A DNA stretch of 64,000 nt, taken from assembly GCA_034422355.1 (NCBI GenBank), contig DAOUJS010000146.1, positions 898 through 64,897 of the forward strand, read 5' to 3'. How positions within the stretch are numbered: the stretch's first letter is position 1; the number at the start of each line of letters is the position of its first letter. This document shows, in pieces, positions 17,721 to 27,912 of the stretch. A model generated the notes under the pieces. The model saw only the letters and a list, made by a program, of their open reading frames with translations. It was not told the DNA's origin and ran no database searches. This stretch comes from Dehalococcoidia bacterium (GTDB taxonomy: Bacteria > Chloroflexota > Dehalococcoidia > Lucifugimonadales > UBA3495). The position numbers and the translations under genes were made by a program.

Positions 17721-17776
17721 AGACAAGCGCCTTCAGGAGACGGCAGTTATCCACACATCGCTGGCAGGTAAGACGC

Positions 17777-18850
17777 ATGGCCACGCTTGAGAACGGTTCC
17801 GGGAACAGCAGGGGCGTCATATTCTCCGGGATGCGTCCCACGGGACAATTGCATTTGGGCAATTACCTGGGAGCGCTGGAAAACTGGGTAACGTTGCAGT
17901 CGGACTATAGTTGCATCTACTGCATCGTTGACGTCCACGCCCTCACCACCATTGAGACGGGGGAGGAAGCCGCCGAAATCCAGCCCAACATTGAGCAGAT
18001 GGCCCTCGACTGGCTGGCGGCGGGAATTGACCCGGAGGAGAGCATAGTCTTCGTGCAGTCCCACGTGCCGGAGGTAATGACCCTTCACTCACTGCTCAGC
18101 ATGGTGACTCCCCTGAGCTGGCTCATGCGGGTCCCTACGCTGAAGGAGAGGGTCCGGCAGCCCGACGAGCCGGAAGAGAACGCCGACGACGGGCCGGACG
18201 ACGAATTTGTTGACCCTGGCCTGGTCAACTACGGGCTGGTAGGATACCCGGTGCTCCAGACCGCGGACATCATCCTGTACAAGGCGGATACGGTGCCCGT
18301 GGGCCAGGACCAGGTGCCCCACCTGGAACTGGCGCGGGAGATAGTGCGCCGGTTCAACAATCGCTTCGGGGACACATTTCCCGAACCCCAGGCCAAGCTG
18401 ACGGAAGTGCCTCTGATCCTCGGGCTGGACGGCCAGCAGAAGATGAGCAAATCCCTGGACAATCACATCGAGTTGGCCGCGTCTCCCGAGGAGACCACGC
18501 GCCGGGTGCTGACCGCTTTCACTGACCCCCAGAGGCAGCGACGCAGCGACCCAGGCCGTCCCGAGGTCTGCAACGTCTACAGCCTGCACAATATCTTCAG
18601 CCCGGAGACTGAGACCCGCACCGTATACGAGGAGTGCGTCACCGCGCAGCGCGGGTGTGTGGACTGCAAGCGTCACCTGGCTGGCGGCATCAACCATTAC
18701 CTCGCGGAGCTGCGCGAGCGACGCCAGGAGTTCCAGCAGCGGCCCGGCTACGTCCGGGAGGTACTGGCCCACGGCGCGGACAGGGCGCGAGTTATCGCCC
18801 GGCAGACCATCGAGGAAGTCTACGACAGGATGGGGCTGGTCAGCCGCTAG
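17777..18850 (+). CDS. trpS: tryptophan--tRNA ligase
   Basis: Class I HIGH-like GQLHLGNY and KMSKS (QKMSKSLDN). Carries an acidic insertion (DEPEENADDGPDDEF). Confidence 0.95.
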   Translation: MATLENGSGNSRGVIFSGMRPTGQLHLGNYLGALENWVTLQSDYSCIYCIVDVHALTTIETGEEAAEIQPNIEQMALDWLAAGIDPEESIVFVQSHVPEVMTLHSLLSMVTPLSWLMRVPTLKERVRQPDEPEENADDGPDDEFVDPGLVNYGLVGYPVLQTADIILYKADTVPVGQDQVPHLELAREIVRRFNNRFGDTFPEPQAKLTEVPLILGLDGQQKMSKSLDNHIELAASPEETTRRVLTAFTDPQRQRRSDPGRPEVCNVYSLHNIFSPETETRTVYEECVTAQRGCVDCKRHLAGGINHYLAELRERRQEFQQRPGYVREVLAHGADRARVIARQTIEEVYDRMGLVSR

Positions 18851-18874
18851 CTCCCCCTGCATACCAGGAATGAC

Positions 18875-19702
18875 ATGACCTCTGCACCTCAACCGCAAAT
18901 ACCCGCCTCTCGCACCGGCCGCCAGGCCATGGACGTCGTGACCGAGGCAGCGCGTGCCGCCGGGCAGATCATACTGGACCGGTTCCACACCTCCCTGCAG
19001 GTCAGTTTCAAAGGCCGGGCCGACGTCGTAACCGACGTGGACCTCGCCGCCGAAAGGACCGTCCTGGGACTGCTGCGGGACGAATATCCCGATTTCGGGG
19101 TCCTTGCCGAGGAATCCAGCCCGGTCAAAACCGGCTCGCCCTATACCTGGGTGGTAGACCCACTGGACGGCACCCGCAACTACTCGATGGGCGTGCCCCA
19201 CTTCTGTACCGTGGTCGCTCTCGCGCGTGACGGGGAAACGGTGCTTGGCGTGACCTATGACCCGGTGCGCGAGGAGATGTTCATCGCCGAATCAGGCAAG
19301 GGGGCAACGGTCAACGGACGCCCGCTGGAGGTTTCGGACAAGGATGACATCGAGTCGGCGGTGATCGCGTTTGACCTGGGGTACGTGGATGAGAAGGCAG
19401 GCGTGGCCCTGGACCTGGTGCGGTCCTTCTGGCCCAACATCCAGGGTTTCCGCTTGATGGGATCGTCGGCCCTGGGCATGGCCTATGCCGCGGCGGGCAG
19501 GGTGGACCTCTACTTCCACCATGCCCTGTCCCCGTGGGACACCGTTTCAGGGCTTCTCCTGGCACGGGAGGCTGGCGGAGAAGTAGTTGACCGGCAGGGT
19601 GAGCGGGCCGGGCTGCACACTCCCAGCGTGATTGCCTCCAGCCCCCGGCTCATCCAGAGTTTCCTGCGGGCCACCGAAGGCCATCCCTGGAGACTGGGTT
19701 AG
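18875..19702 (+). CDS. inositol monophosphatase family protein
   Basis: AEES..., WVVDPLDGT, ALGMAYAAAGRVD motifs. Confidence 0.9.
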   Translation: MTSAPQPQIPASRTGRQAMDVVTEAARAAGQIILDRFHTSLQVSFKGRADVVTDVDLAAERTVLGLLRDEYPDFGVLAEESSPVKTGSPYTWVVDPLDGTRNYSMGVPHFCTVVALARDGETVLGVTYDPVREEMFIAESGKGATVNGRPLEVSDKDDIESAVIAFDLGYVDEKAGVALDLVRSFWPNIQGFRLMGSSALGMAYAAAGRVDLYFHHALSPWDTVSGLLLAREAGGEVVDRQGERAGLHTPSVIASSPRLIQSFLRATEGHPWRLG

Positions 19703-19742
19703 AACTCGAAACTCTCCCTCTGCAACAAGGGAAACGCGGCTT

Positions 19743-20975
19743 CTACGGAAGTTGCCTTATCTTGGGCAGCCGTACCGCGGTGAATGCGCTGACCACAGCC
19801 AGAACAGCCCCATTTATCATGAGTGCGCCGGGCGCTCCCAGGAACGACGCCACCGAGCCTACTCCAAGATGCCCCACCGGCGCGAGGCCGATGCTCAGCA
19901 CCCAGGATCCCATAGCGCGCCCCCGTTCCTCGTCGGCAACATTGTCCTGCATCAGGGTCTTGTACAGTGTGTCCACCGCCATTGCGCAGGCATTGACAAC
20001 CAGAAGCACGCCCAGGAAAAGGTAGAGGTTGTCCGCCAAAGAGAAGGCCATCAGACCACAGCCAAAACCTCCGGCAATCAGGAACATCATCAGTCCCTTC
20101 CTGCGAATGTTGCCGAACCCGGCCAGCAACCACAGGCCCAGCAGCCCTCCCGCCTGCCTCATGGCGGTCATCACGCCCAGCCCCGTGGCCCCCACGCCGA
20201 GCACATCCTTGGCAAACACGGGGAGCAGCGTCATGTGCGTGAACCCGAATACCTCGGTCACGGCGGTCAAGACCATCAAAGTCATCAGGACTTCATTCCG
20301 ACGGACCAGTTGGATGTAGCCCATCAGATTCTGAAGTACAGGCTCGGATGCGGGGCGGTCGGAACGCCCCGGATTGCGGATGATCAGGACCACCAGGGCG
20401 GAAGCCAGGTAGCAGACGCCAATGGCCACGAACTGCCACCCCGGCCCCACGGTCTCCAGCAGGGTCCCGGACGCCAACGACCCGGCGATGCCGCCGCCCT
20501 GGTTGGCCATCGCGCCGAGAGCCAGGCCGTTCAGGGCAAACCCGGGGCCGACGATGTCGTAGGTGAAAGCCTGGCGTATGGTGATACCGAACGCCATCTG
20601 GGTCCCGAGCACAATCACCAGGAGGATCACGACCCAAACGTTGGTGACGCCTATCAACAGCAGGGCAGCCATAATTGATGCCGCCGCCACCGCGCCCAAG
20701 GTCCCGGCCACCATGAGTATGCGCCGGTCCCAGCGGTCGGCAATCACCCCGGACAGGACACCCAACAGGAAAAAGGGCAGCATACGGGCGGCGGCGCTGA
20801 CGCCCAGGATGAACTCCGAATCGGTCAGCTCAAAGACAAGCCAGCCGACAGATACCTGCTCCATCCCGGTGCCGAGGGCGTAGAGGACGGTAGATACCCA
20901 GAGCAGCCGGAAGTCCCTGAAACGAAAAGAGGCAGCCCAGGCCCCGTGATTCAGGATCTGGGCTATCGAGGCCAT
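19743..20975 (-). CDS. MFS transporter
   Basis: 410 aa with about 12 hydrophobic segments. DRWDRR loop motif. Confidence 0.85.
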   Translation of the reverse strand: MASIAQILNHGAWAASFRFRDFRLLWVSTVLYALGTGMEQVSVGWLVFELTDSEFILGVSAAARMLPFFLLGVLSGVIADRWDRRILMVAGTLGAVAAASIMAALLLIGVTNVWVVILLVIVLGTQMAFGITIRQAFTYDIVGPGFALNGLALGAMANQGGGIAGSLASGTLLETVGPGWQFVAIGVCYLASALVVLIIRNPGRSDRPASEPVLQNLMGYIQLVRRNEVLMTLMVLTAVTEVFGFTHMTLLPVFAKDVLGVGATGLGVMTAMRQAGGLLGLWLLAGFGNIRRKGLMMFLIAGGFGCGLMAFSLADNLYLFLGVLLVVNACAMAVDTLYKTLMQDNVADEERGRAMGSWVLSIGLAPVGHLGVGSVASFLGAPGALMINGAVLAVVSAFTAVRLPKIRQLP

Positions 20976-21003
20976 GAAGACGGTCGTAGGCGCAAGGTAG
21001 CGG

Positions 21004-22236
21004 TCATGGCACGTGGACTACTCCGTCCTGCGCCAACTTGCCGATCTCCTGCTCGGAGAAGCCGGACTCCAGCAGCACTTCCCGGCTGTGTTCGCCCAAC
21101 TCCGGCGCACGCCTGCGGATTCCCCCCGGAGTTTCAGAGAGTTTCACCGGGATGCCGATGTTATGTAATGTGCCGAGCTCAGGGTCTTCCAGGTCCACCA
21201 GCATCTCGCGGGCCTGCACCTGGGGGTCTTGATACACCTGCTCCATGTCATAGATTGGCCCCACCACTACACCGGCGGCGGTAAGGGTGTCAACCCAGTG
21301 AGCGGTAGACTCCCGGCTGAAAGTCTCTTCCAGCAATGCCGCCAGTTCCGACTCCCTGGCCTTGCGGTCGCCAGGCAGCTTGAACCGGGGGTCTTCAATC
21401 AACGGCTCCTGCCCAATGGCCCGGCAAAGCTGCTCCCAAGTCGGCTGGGTGGCCGAGCCGATGTTGATGTACCCGTCCCTGGTGCGCAATGCCTGATAGG
21501 GAGCGGCAACCCGGTGGGCGGAACCCAACGGGCCGGGGACTTCTCCATCTGCGAAGTAACCTGACGATTCCCATATCGTGTAAGAAATGCCCGCCTCCAT
21601 CAGCGAGGTATCGACCATCTGGCCCTGGCCGGTCCTCTGGGCGTGAATGTAGGCACAGAGGATACCGTTGGCCGCGAGCAGGCCGGCGGATATATCGGTG
21701 ATGGGCACGCCCACCTTGGCCGGAGGACCGCCGGGGTGACCGGTGATGCTCATCAACCCGCTCATTCCCTGGGCAATGAGATCGAACCCGCCCTGGTCCT
21801 TGTAAGGCCCCGTGCTGCCGAACCCCGAAATGGCACAGTAGACCAGGCTCGGCTTCACGCGGGCCAATTCAGGGTAGGCCAACCCGAACCGCTCCATGAC
21901 GCCGGGGCGAAAGTTCTCGACCACCACATCGGCGCGGTCAACCAGCCTCTTGAACACCGACTGCCCGGCTTCGCTGCGCAGGTCGAGCACCAGGCTGCGC
22001 TTGTTGCGGTTGGCGGCCATGAAGCCGGCCGAATTGCCGCCGACGAAAGGCGGCCCCATGCGCCGGTTATCTTCTCCGCCGGCGGGCTTTTCCACCTTGA
22101 TGACGTCGGCCCCCATGTCGGCCAACAGCATCGTGCATACCGGGCCGGCCATGATCTGGGTCAGATCGAGCACCACTACGCCAGAAAGGGCCAGGGGTCT
22201 TTCGCCAGTCTGCATGTCACTTCTCACGTCGGTCAT
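21004..22236 (-). CDS. CaiB/BaiF family (class III) CoA-transferase
   Basis: LSGVVVLDLTQIMAGPVCTMLLADMGADVIKVE. The start is uncertain (22236 or 22215). The ORF-track 22347 is probably too long. Confidence 0.88.
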   Translation of the reverse strand: MTDVRSDMQTGERPLALSGVVVLDLTQIMAGPVCTMLLADMGADVIKVEKPAGGEDNRRMGPPFVGGNSAGFMAANRNKRSLVLDLRSEAGQSVFKRLVDRADVVVENFRPGVMERFGLAYPELARVKPSLVYCAISGFGSTGPYKDQGGFDLIAQGMSGLMSITGHPGGPPAKVGVPITDISAGLLAANGILCAYIHAQRTGQGQMVDTSLMEAGISYTIWESSGYFADGEVPGPLGSAHRVAAPYQALRTRDGYINIGSATQPTWEQLCRAIGQEPLIEDPRFKLPGDRKARESELAALLEETFSRESTAHWVDTLTAAGVVVGPIYDMEQVYQDPQVQAREMLVDLEDPELGTLHNIGIPVKLSETPGGIRRRAPELGEHSREVLLESGFSEQEIGKLAQDGVVHVP

Positions 22237-22600
22237 TGGTCTGAGAGCGAGGCCGAGTGCATCAAGTAAATTCCTGCTTGGAATCCGGCGACGGTCAGCC
22301 CTGCGCAGTCCCCTTGGACCGTATGGGATGTCTTGCGCCGTGGGCATCCAAGTATACTAGAGGGGACGTTGACGCGCCCGTGATTCAGAAGCGCAATTAC
22401 AATGGGTCAAAGAGCGGGGAACAGCGAGGCGACGTTCCGTTCCCCGCCTTCACGGGGCAAGTTTGGGTAGTATGGACGATCTGACGGCCGTCGGTGGATT
22501 CCCGCAAAAGCGGGAATTGCGGATGGGGCCGGGTCTGGAACCATCCCCGGTCGAGCCGGGGGAGGCTCTGAATTGCAACGCTACCCAATCAGGCTCGGCG

Positions 22601-23269
22601 CTATTGGCTGGCCCCCCAGCGGTCGTAGAATGTGACCTCGTGGACCGGCGCTCTCCTGGTCGGGCCGTACCTGGCCCCCTCCGCCGGGAAGCCGATGGGC
22701 AACAGAGCCGCAGTCTCCACATTCTCCGGGATGGCCAGCAGTTCCTTGATTTCGTTCTCATACCTCTTGTGCAGGGAGGTGATAACACTTCCCAGACCCA
22801 GCCCCCGGGCGGCAAGCAGCAGATTCTGGACCGCCGGATATATGGACCCGCCGCGACTCATGGCGCTCGGTGCGCCGTCATGCTCGATGCAAGCCAGGAT
22901 CAGCACTGGGACGTCGTGCAGGTGTTCAGCCATGTAGTCAGAGGCGGCGCGGCGACGAGCCGGGATGTTCGACGGTGGAGCGCCCGCGCCGTAGCGGGAT
23001 GACCGGGCCTGATTGTAATATTCACCGATCTTCCGCTTCAGCTCGAAGTCGCGGATTACCAGGAACCGCCAGGACTGCCGGTTGCTCCCGCTGGGAGCCT
23101 TGGTCGCGGCCTCTATCAGCTTGTGTATCATCTCGTCCGGTACGGGATCGGGCTTGAACTCCCGGATCGCCCTCTGGGTGTAGATTGCCTCGAAAGTCCG
23201 ATATCGTCGGGCATTGGGTTGCTCCTCGATTTCTACGGATGGTGTCCAGTCGCAGCGGCGAAAGGCCAT
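22601..23269 (-). CDS. nitroreductase family protein
   Basis: RAIREF..., APSGSNRQSWRFLVI. Confidence 0.85.
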   Translation of the reverse strand: MAFRRCDWTPSVEIEEQPNARRYRTFEAIYTQRAIREFKPDPVPDEMIHKLIEAATKAPSGSNRQSWRFLVIRDFELKRKIGEYYNQARSSRYGAGAPPSNIPARRRAASDYMAEHLHDVPVLILACIEHDGAPSAMSRGGSIYPAVQNLLLAARGLGLGSVITSLHKRYENEIKELLAIPENVETAALLPIGFPAEGARYGPTRRAPVHEVTFYDRWGASQ

Positions 23270-23509
23270 CGCCGCACACGGATTCTACACCGGCGGCGAG
23301 AGTTGCGCACGGCGAGGGGCCTCTCCGGCGGTATTCCATTCCAGGCGGTATGGCCAACCGGCGTCAAGCCGACGGGGAAAATTTCATTTTCCCTGTCATT
23401 TCCGGCCATTTTCACCTGTTTTGGCTCATTGGAACTGGTTGGGGACTGGTCCCGGCAATGGCGTTTGACATGGGAATCTCCCCTTTACCCCGGCCCTCAA
23501 CCCAACCTT

Positions 23510-23527
23510 CTCCCTCTGGGAGAGGGG
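23510..23527. repeat. TCCCTCT-nnn-AGAGGG hairpin (GGGAGAGGG-type repeat)
   Basis: Same palindrome type as at 27714-27734 and 27796-27811. Confidence 0.5.
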
Positions 23528-23761
23528 ACTTTTGAAAGGCCCTGCTCATCACCGGGGCAAGTGTCACGGGCACAAGATATGATAGAGAAGCGCATCCATG
23601 GTTGGGAGGGGGCAAATGTCACTGGCGTAATTGCCTGAAATGGGAACGCTGCTACAGCGATTCCAGTAGTCCAATCGAGTGTTGCAAACGTAGTAGAATA
23701 TGCAACCCGGTTAAACGTTATCGGATTCCCCACAGAATCCCAAGAATGGGGGTGCCCAGAC

Positions 23762-25432
23762 ATGGCGGAGCAATCGTTGGAGACCATGAAACAACCGTCC
23801 CGTTTCTGGAATTCGAGCATAGTCAAAGGGGCGGCAATCGGCGGCGTCCTCACTGCGCCATTGATTGGCCTGATGTACCTTGTGGACAAGTTGGCAGGAC
23901 TGCCGTTCGTGCCATTTATGTTGTTCGACTGGATCACCCGTGTGCTGCCAGGAGGGCTGGTGACCTTTGGCATCGACACGATGATAGACGCGATGCTCAT
24001 GGCAGGGATGAGCGTGGCGGCTGCCGCCAAGACCTCCGAGCAAATCGCGGCGGTGCTGCTCCTGTTTATCCTGGGTATCGTACTTGGATCCCTGTATTTC
24101 CTGGTCATGCGCAAGCTCAATGCCACGCCGCGCCCGCTGACCGGGATTGTACTGGGAGTCATTTTCGGCGCTCCCATGATTGCGGTCAGCATTCCGATGG
24201 AGCAGTCCGGGACCAGCCCGTTGTTTACCATCATAGGTCTCGGCATCCTGTTCCTGGCGTGGGGTTGGGCTTTCGCACCGGCGTACCGGAAGCTGGCGTA
24301 TGAGGGACCCGACATAGAAACCGAAGACGAAATTCGCTGGGCACGCAGCATCAACCGGCGTCAATTCCTGGTCCGTCTGGGGGTGTCCGCGGCGACAATT
24401 ACCGTTATCAGCGGAGGTGTCGGGTCCGTACTTGCCCAAAGGGAACGAAGGCTTCTGGATGAAGCGGTCACGGCTACTGGAGAGGAGCCGGCACAGGTCA
24501 GCACCAGGCAACTACCCAACGACGGGGACCCGGTGGACCCAGCGCCGGGCACACGGCCCGAATACACGCCTTTGGAAGACCACTACAAGGTCTTCATACG
24601 CAGCGAGCCGACCAACATCGACATAAACACCTGGACGCTGCCCATCACCGGGTTGGTGGAGAACCCGATGGTGCTGACCCTTGAGGACATCCGCAACAAC
24701 TATGAGCCGCAGAGCGAGTACGTCACCCTGTCATGCATTTCCAACCGCGTCGGGGGCGACCTGATCAGCACGACCTGGTGGACCGGCGTCAGCCTTCAGA
24801 AGATCATTGCCGACCTCAAGCCACAACCTGAGGCCCGCCACCTGAACATCACCTCCGGGGATGGGTTCCATGAGACGGTGGACCTGGAGATGATAGCGTC
24901 AGATGAGCGAATCATGCTGTGCTACGAGTGGGACGGGAAACCCCTGCCATTCGACCACGGTTTCCCATTGAGGATATGGCTACCGGACAGGTACGGGATG
25001 AAGCAGCCCAAGTGGATAACCGGGATGGAAGTCACATCGGAGTACAATCCGGGTTACTGGGTAGGGCGCGGATGGGATGAAGTTGCGCGGGTGAAGGCGA
25101 CCTCGGTGATCGACACCGTGGCTGTCAAAGACCTGGCAGTGATCGATGGACAGGGATTAGTCCCTGTTGGCGGAATCGCCTATTCTGGGGCCAGAGGCAT
25201 CTCCAGGGTAGAGGTAAGGGTGGATGAGGGTCCCTGGCAAGAGGCGCAACTGCGGTCTCCCCTGTCCGATGCCACCTGGGTCCTCTGGCGCTACGAATGG
25301 CCCTTCCAGGAGGGTGAGCACACTTTTGAGGTCAGGTGCGCCGAGGGCGATGGGACCCCGCAAATCGAGGAAAGAAAGGGCAATCGGCCTGACGGAGCAT
25401 CGGGAATACACTCCCGCCGGACCCGGATTTAG
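23762..25432 (+). CDS. membrane-anchored molybdopterin-dependent oxidoreductase (sulfite-oxidase family)
   Basis: Polytopic region of about 190 aa at the N-terminus, then RRQFLVRLGVSAATI. The Mo domain follows (SCISNRVGG, GFPLRIWLPDRYGMKQPKWITGMEV). Confidence 0.85.
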   Translation: MAEQSLETMKQPSRFWNSSIVKGAAIGGVLTAPLIGLMYLVDKLAGLPFVPFMLFDWITRVLPGGLVTFGIDTMIDAMLMAGMSVAAAAKTSEQIAAVLLLFILGIVLGSLYFLVMRKLNATPRPLTGIVLGVIFGAPMIAVSIPMEQSGTSPLFTIIGLGILFLAWGWAFAPAYRKLAYEGPDIETEDEIRWARSINRRQFLVRLGVSAATITVISGGVGSVLAQRERRLLDEAVTATGEEPAQVSTRQLPNDGDPVDPAPGTRPEYTPLEDHYKVFIRSEPTNIDINTWTLPITGLVENPMVLTLEDIRNNYEPQSEYVTLSCISNRVGGDLISTTWWTGVSLQKIIADLKPQPEARHLNITSGDGFHETVDLEMIASDERIMLCYEWDGKPLPFDHGFPLRIWLPDRYGMKQPKWITGMEVTSEYNPGYWVGRGWDEVARVKATSVIDTVAVKDLAVIDGQGLVPVGGIAYSGARGISRVEVRVDEGPWQEAQLRSPLSDATWVLWRYEWPFQEGEHTFEVRCAEGDGTPQIEERKGNRPDGASGIHSRRTRI

Positions 25433-25501
25433 CTCTTCGCAGCGTTTGGCCATTTGCCCAAGACAGGTTACGGGCGAGCTGGAGGCCGTTGGATTGGACG
25501 A

Positions 25502-25541
25502 CACACTGGCCATTCCCGCATTTTGGGGAATGGCCAGTGTG
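25502..25541 (+). terminator. perfect 16-bp hairpin after the Mo-oxidoreductase gene
   Basis: CACACTGGCCATTCCC-gcattttg-GGGAATGGCCAGTGTG followed by CTTTGC. Confidence 0.6.
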
Positions 25542-25709
25542 CTTTGCTGGGCCAAGCCACTGCATAGTTCCGCTCCGGGTCATTATTGGATACTACTCTG
25601 GCAGATAGCCTATTCAACCGGACAAAAAGTTATTGTATTATTGACTGGCATCATCATCTGCGCTGAGATGAGGTTGCCGACCTGATCCTACCCTGCTGGA
25701 TGACTGTGC

Positions 25710-26399
25710 GTGCCCATTGATTTCGTTCTAGTCCAGAAAATCATAGCCGCGGTGTTCGTCGGCTATCTGCTGGGATCCATTCCCTGTGCGCACATCGTGG
25801 CGCGGCTGCGCGGCAGGGACATATTCTCAACCGGCAGCACCCTGGCGGGAACGGCCAACGTCTATTGGAACGTCGGGCGCAGATCGGGGGCGCTGGTATT
25901 CGCCGGAGACGTGGCTAAGGGCGCCAGCGCCGTGATGGTCGCCAGGTTGCTGGAAGTTCCCGAACACATGACGCTGGTGGTGGCCGGAGCAGCAATCCTA
26001 GGCCACTGGAAGTCCATCTTCTCAAGGTTCCGGGGTGGCGATGGTATGGTGACCCTCATGGGTCTGACCATCGCCATGATGGAGCCAAGGCTTGCGCTGG
26101 TCGGAGTTGTAACGGGCCTGATATTCGTCGCGCTGCTGTGGCGCACCACTTACCGGTCGGCATGGGGCATCGTGGCGTGTTTCACCATCATGCTGGTGCT
26201 AAGTTTCTCTTACCAGATGGAGCGCGGGCTGGTGCTGGGGCTGACATTCCTGGCTGCCATGGTCGTGCTCAGGAGCACGTTGACCCAGCGGCGCCGGGGT
26301 ATGGTCCGCGAAGGGAACAAGGAATTGGATACCGAAGAGGACCTGGACCTGGATGACGATCTGGACGGGGATGCCGATTTCGCGCCCAGGAACGGTTAA
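25710..26399 (+). CDS. plsY: PlsY-like glycerol-3-phosphate acyltransferase paralogue with acidic C-terminal tail
   Basis: GYLLGSIPCAHIVARL...GS...GTANV..., FAGDVAKG. GTG start. The tail is EEDLDLDDDLDGDADF. Confidence 0.8.
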   Translation: MPIDFVLVQKIIAAVFVGYLLGSIPCAHIVARLRGRDIFSTGSTLAGTANVYWNVGRRSGALVFAGDVAKGASAVMVARLLEVPEHMTLVVAGAAILGHWKSIFSRFRGGDGMVTLMGLTIAMMEPRLALVGVVTGLIFVALLWRTTYRSAWGIVACFTIMLVLSFSYQMERGLVLGLTFLAAMVVLRSTLTQRRRGMVREGNKELDTEEDLDLDDDLDGDADFAPRNG

Positions 26400-27574
26400 C
26401 CCGGCCGGTCCGGCTCCTGGGTCTCCTTGAGCCGCCTCAGCTCCAGCACCCAGCCCAGGTCATCGTCGTCTGAAGCCTCAGCTCTCAGGTCCGGTACGAG
26501 GGCCATAGCCCGCTCCAGGTGGAACACGCAATTGTCTACATCACCGCGGTTGGCGTAGAGCCTGGCCGTGTTGTAATGGGCGGCGGCGAAGTCCGGGACT
26601 GACTCCAAGGCTGAGAGATAATCAGCCAGCGCCTTCTCCTTGTCTCCCATAGCTTCAAAAGCGGCTCCCCGGTTGCTCAATGACTCGGCGAAGTCCGGCC
26701 TCAGCTCGACCGCGCGTCCATAGTCGGCTACGGCCCGCTCATAATCGCCTACGGCGTCAAAGGCCAGCCCCCGGTTGTTCAGAGCCTCGGCATCTTCGGG
26801 ATCGAGTTCCAGTACCTGCGAATAGTCGGCTATCGCGGCATCTATCCGCTCCAGGTAATAGTGAGTCCTGGCCCGGTTGAAGTAGGCGTCGGCGTTAGCC
26901 GGGTTGTGCTCGATGGCGGTACTGTAGTCCTCGATTGCCTCGTGGTGCTGTCCCAGTTCGTCCAGCGATGCGCCCCGGTTGAGATAGGCATTGGACAGGT
27001 CAGGGCGCAGTCCGATGGACCGGTCGAATGCCTCCACCGCTTCCCGGTGCCGGTCCATCCGTGCCAGGACGACTCCGTAGTTGTAGACTGCCTGAAGGTA
27101 GTCAGGCCTTATTTCCAGCGCCTTCTCGTAGTCAGCAACCGCCTTGTCACGCTGCCTCAGATCATCGTAGGCATTGCCCCGCTGGTAGTACGCCTCTGCC
27201 AACCGGGGTTCTCGGTCCAACACGGCGTTCAGTTCGTTTACTGCTTCACAGGGTTGACCTAGCCTGAGATGGGCCAGTCCCAGGTTGAAACGAGCATCGG
27301 TGTACTCCGGGTCGTCCAGAAGCACCTGTCTGAAGGCTTCAAGGGCATCCGCGTAACGTCCCAAGGCGAAGCAGCCGTTGCCGTAAAGAATCCCCTCTTC
27401 TCCACAGGCCGCGGCAACTTGATTCAGAGCCTCTTCGACTTCCTGACGGGAATATCCGGTGAGACGGCCACCCCTGGGCCGCGGGGTAAGCCGGGACACG
27501 CCGATGGAGTATTCCTCCAGCAGCTCAGCCAGCTTGATTAACGGTGGAGTGTCTGGTTGAGTCAACTTCGGCAA
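26396..27574 (-). CDS. tetratricopeptide (TPR) repeat protein
   Basis: About 9 tandem 34-aa A-x-Y-N-x-G...A...Y..AL...P repeats. TTG start. Confidence 0.85.
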   Translation of the reverse strand: MPKLTQPDTPPLIKLAELLEEYSIGVSRLTPRPRGGRLTGYSRQEVEEALNQVAAACGEEGILYGNGCFALGRYADALEAFRQVLLDDPEYTDARFNLGLAHLRLGQPCEAVNELNAVLDREPRLAEAYYQRGNAYDDLRQRDKAVADYEKALEIRPDYLQAVYNYGVVLARMDRHREAVEAFDRSIGLRPDLSNAYLNRGASLDELGQHHEAIEDYSTAIEHNPANADAYFNRARTHYYLERIDAAIADYSQVLELDPEDAEALNNRGLAFDAVGDYERAVADYGRAVELRPDFAESLSNRGAAFEAMGDKEKALADYLSALESVPDFAAAHYNTARLYANRGDVDNCVFHLERAMALVPDLRAEASDDDDLGWVLELRRLKETQEPDRPG

Positions 27575-27713
27575 CCGTCCTGTTGAGGGTTACGTTGATG
27601 GCCCTGGAAGAACCCGGGGCAACGCTTGTTTTGGTCGCGCAAAGTAGCATACCACGGAAAACGCCCCCAAGTGTGCTTCCTGCGCAGGACCTTCAAATTG
27701 TCGGAGAAATGTT

Positions 27714-27734
27714 CCCTCTCCCAGAGGGAGAGGG
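27714..27734. repeat. CCCTCTCCC-aga-GGGAGAGGG perfect hairpin
   Basis: 9-bp stem followed by an extra AGAGGG unit. Lies in a divergent intergenic region. Confidence 0.6.
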
Positions 27735-27795
27735 AGAGGGTGTCCTTTCACAGGAAGCCGCTGCTGATGTTAAGGATTCTCCTCACCTCCGGCCC

Positions 27796-27811
27796 TCTCC
27801 CTCAAGGGAGA
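27796..27811. repeat. TCTCC-ctcaa-GGAGA hairpin (same repeat type)
   Basis: CCCTCTCCCTCAAGGGAGAA. Confidence 0.4.
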
Positions 27812-27846
27812 ACTAAAAGACCCTGGTGGCTTCCTGCAGACTGCCG

Positions 27847-27875
27847 TTGAACGGGAGACGGTTCCAGCTTACAAT
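27847..27875 (+). promoter_or_regulatory. promoter TTGAAC-17-TACAAT
   Basis: TTGAAC at 27847-27852 and TACAAT at 27870-27875. This argues for the GTG at 27913 as the glutaredoxin start. Confidence 0.45.
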
Positions 27876-27912
27876 GGGCATTGTCCAAGCAATACGACAA
27901 GGGGAGTCTGAA

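Noticed and set aside
17592-17776. T-box leaders upstream of trpS, and upstream of alaS (54217-54435).
   Set aside because: No specifier-loop or T-box consensus (AAUUAGGGUGGUACCGCG-like) and no terminator/antiterminator pair is visible.
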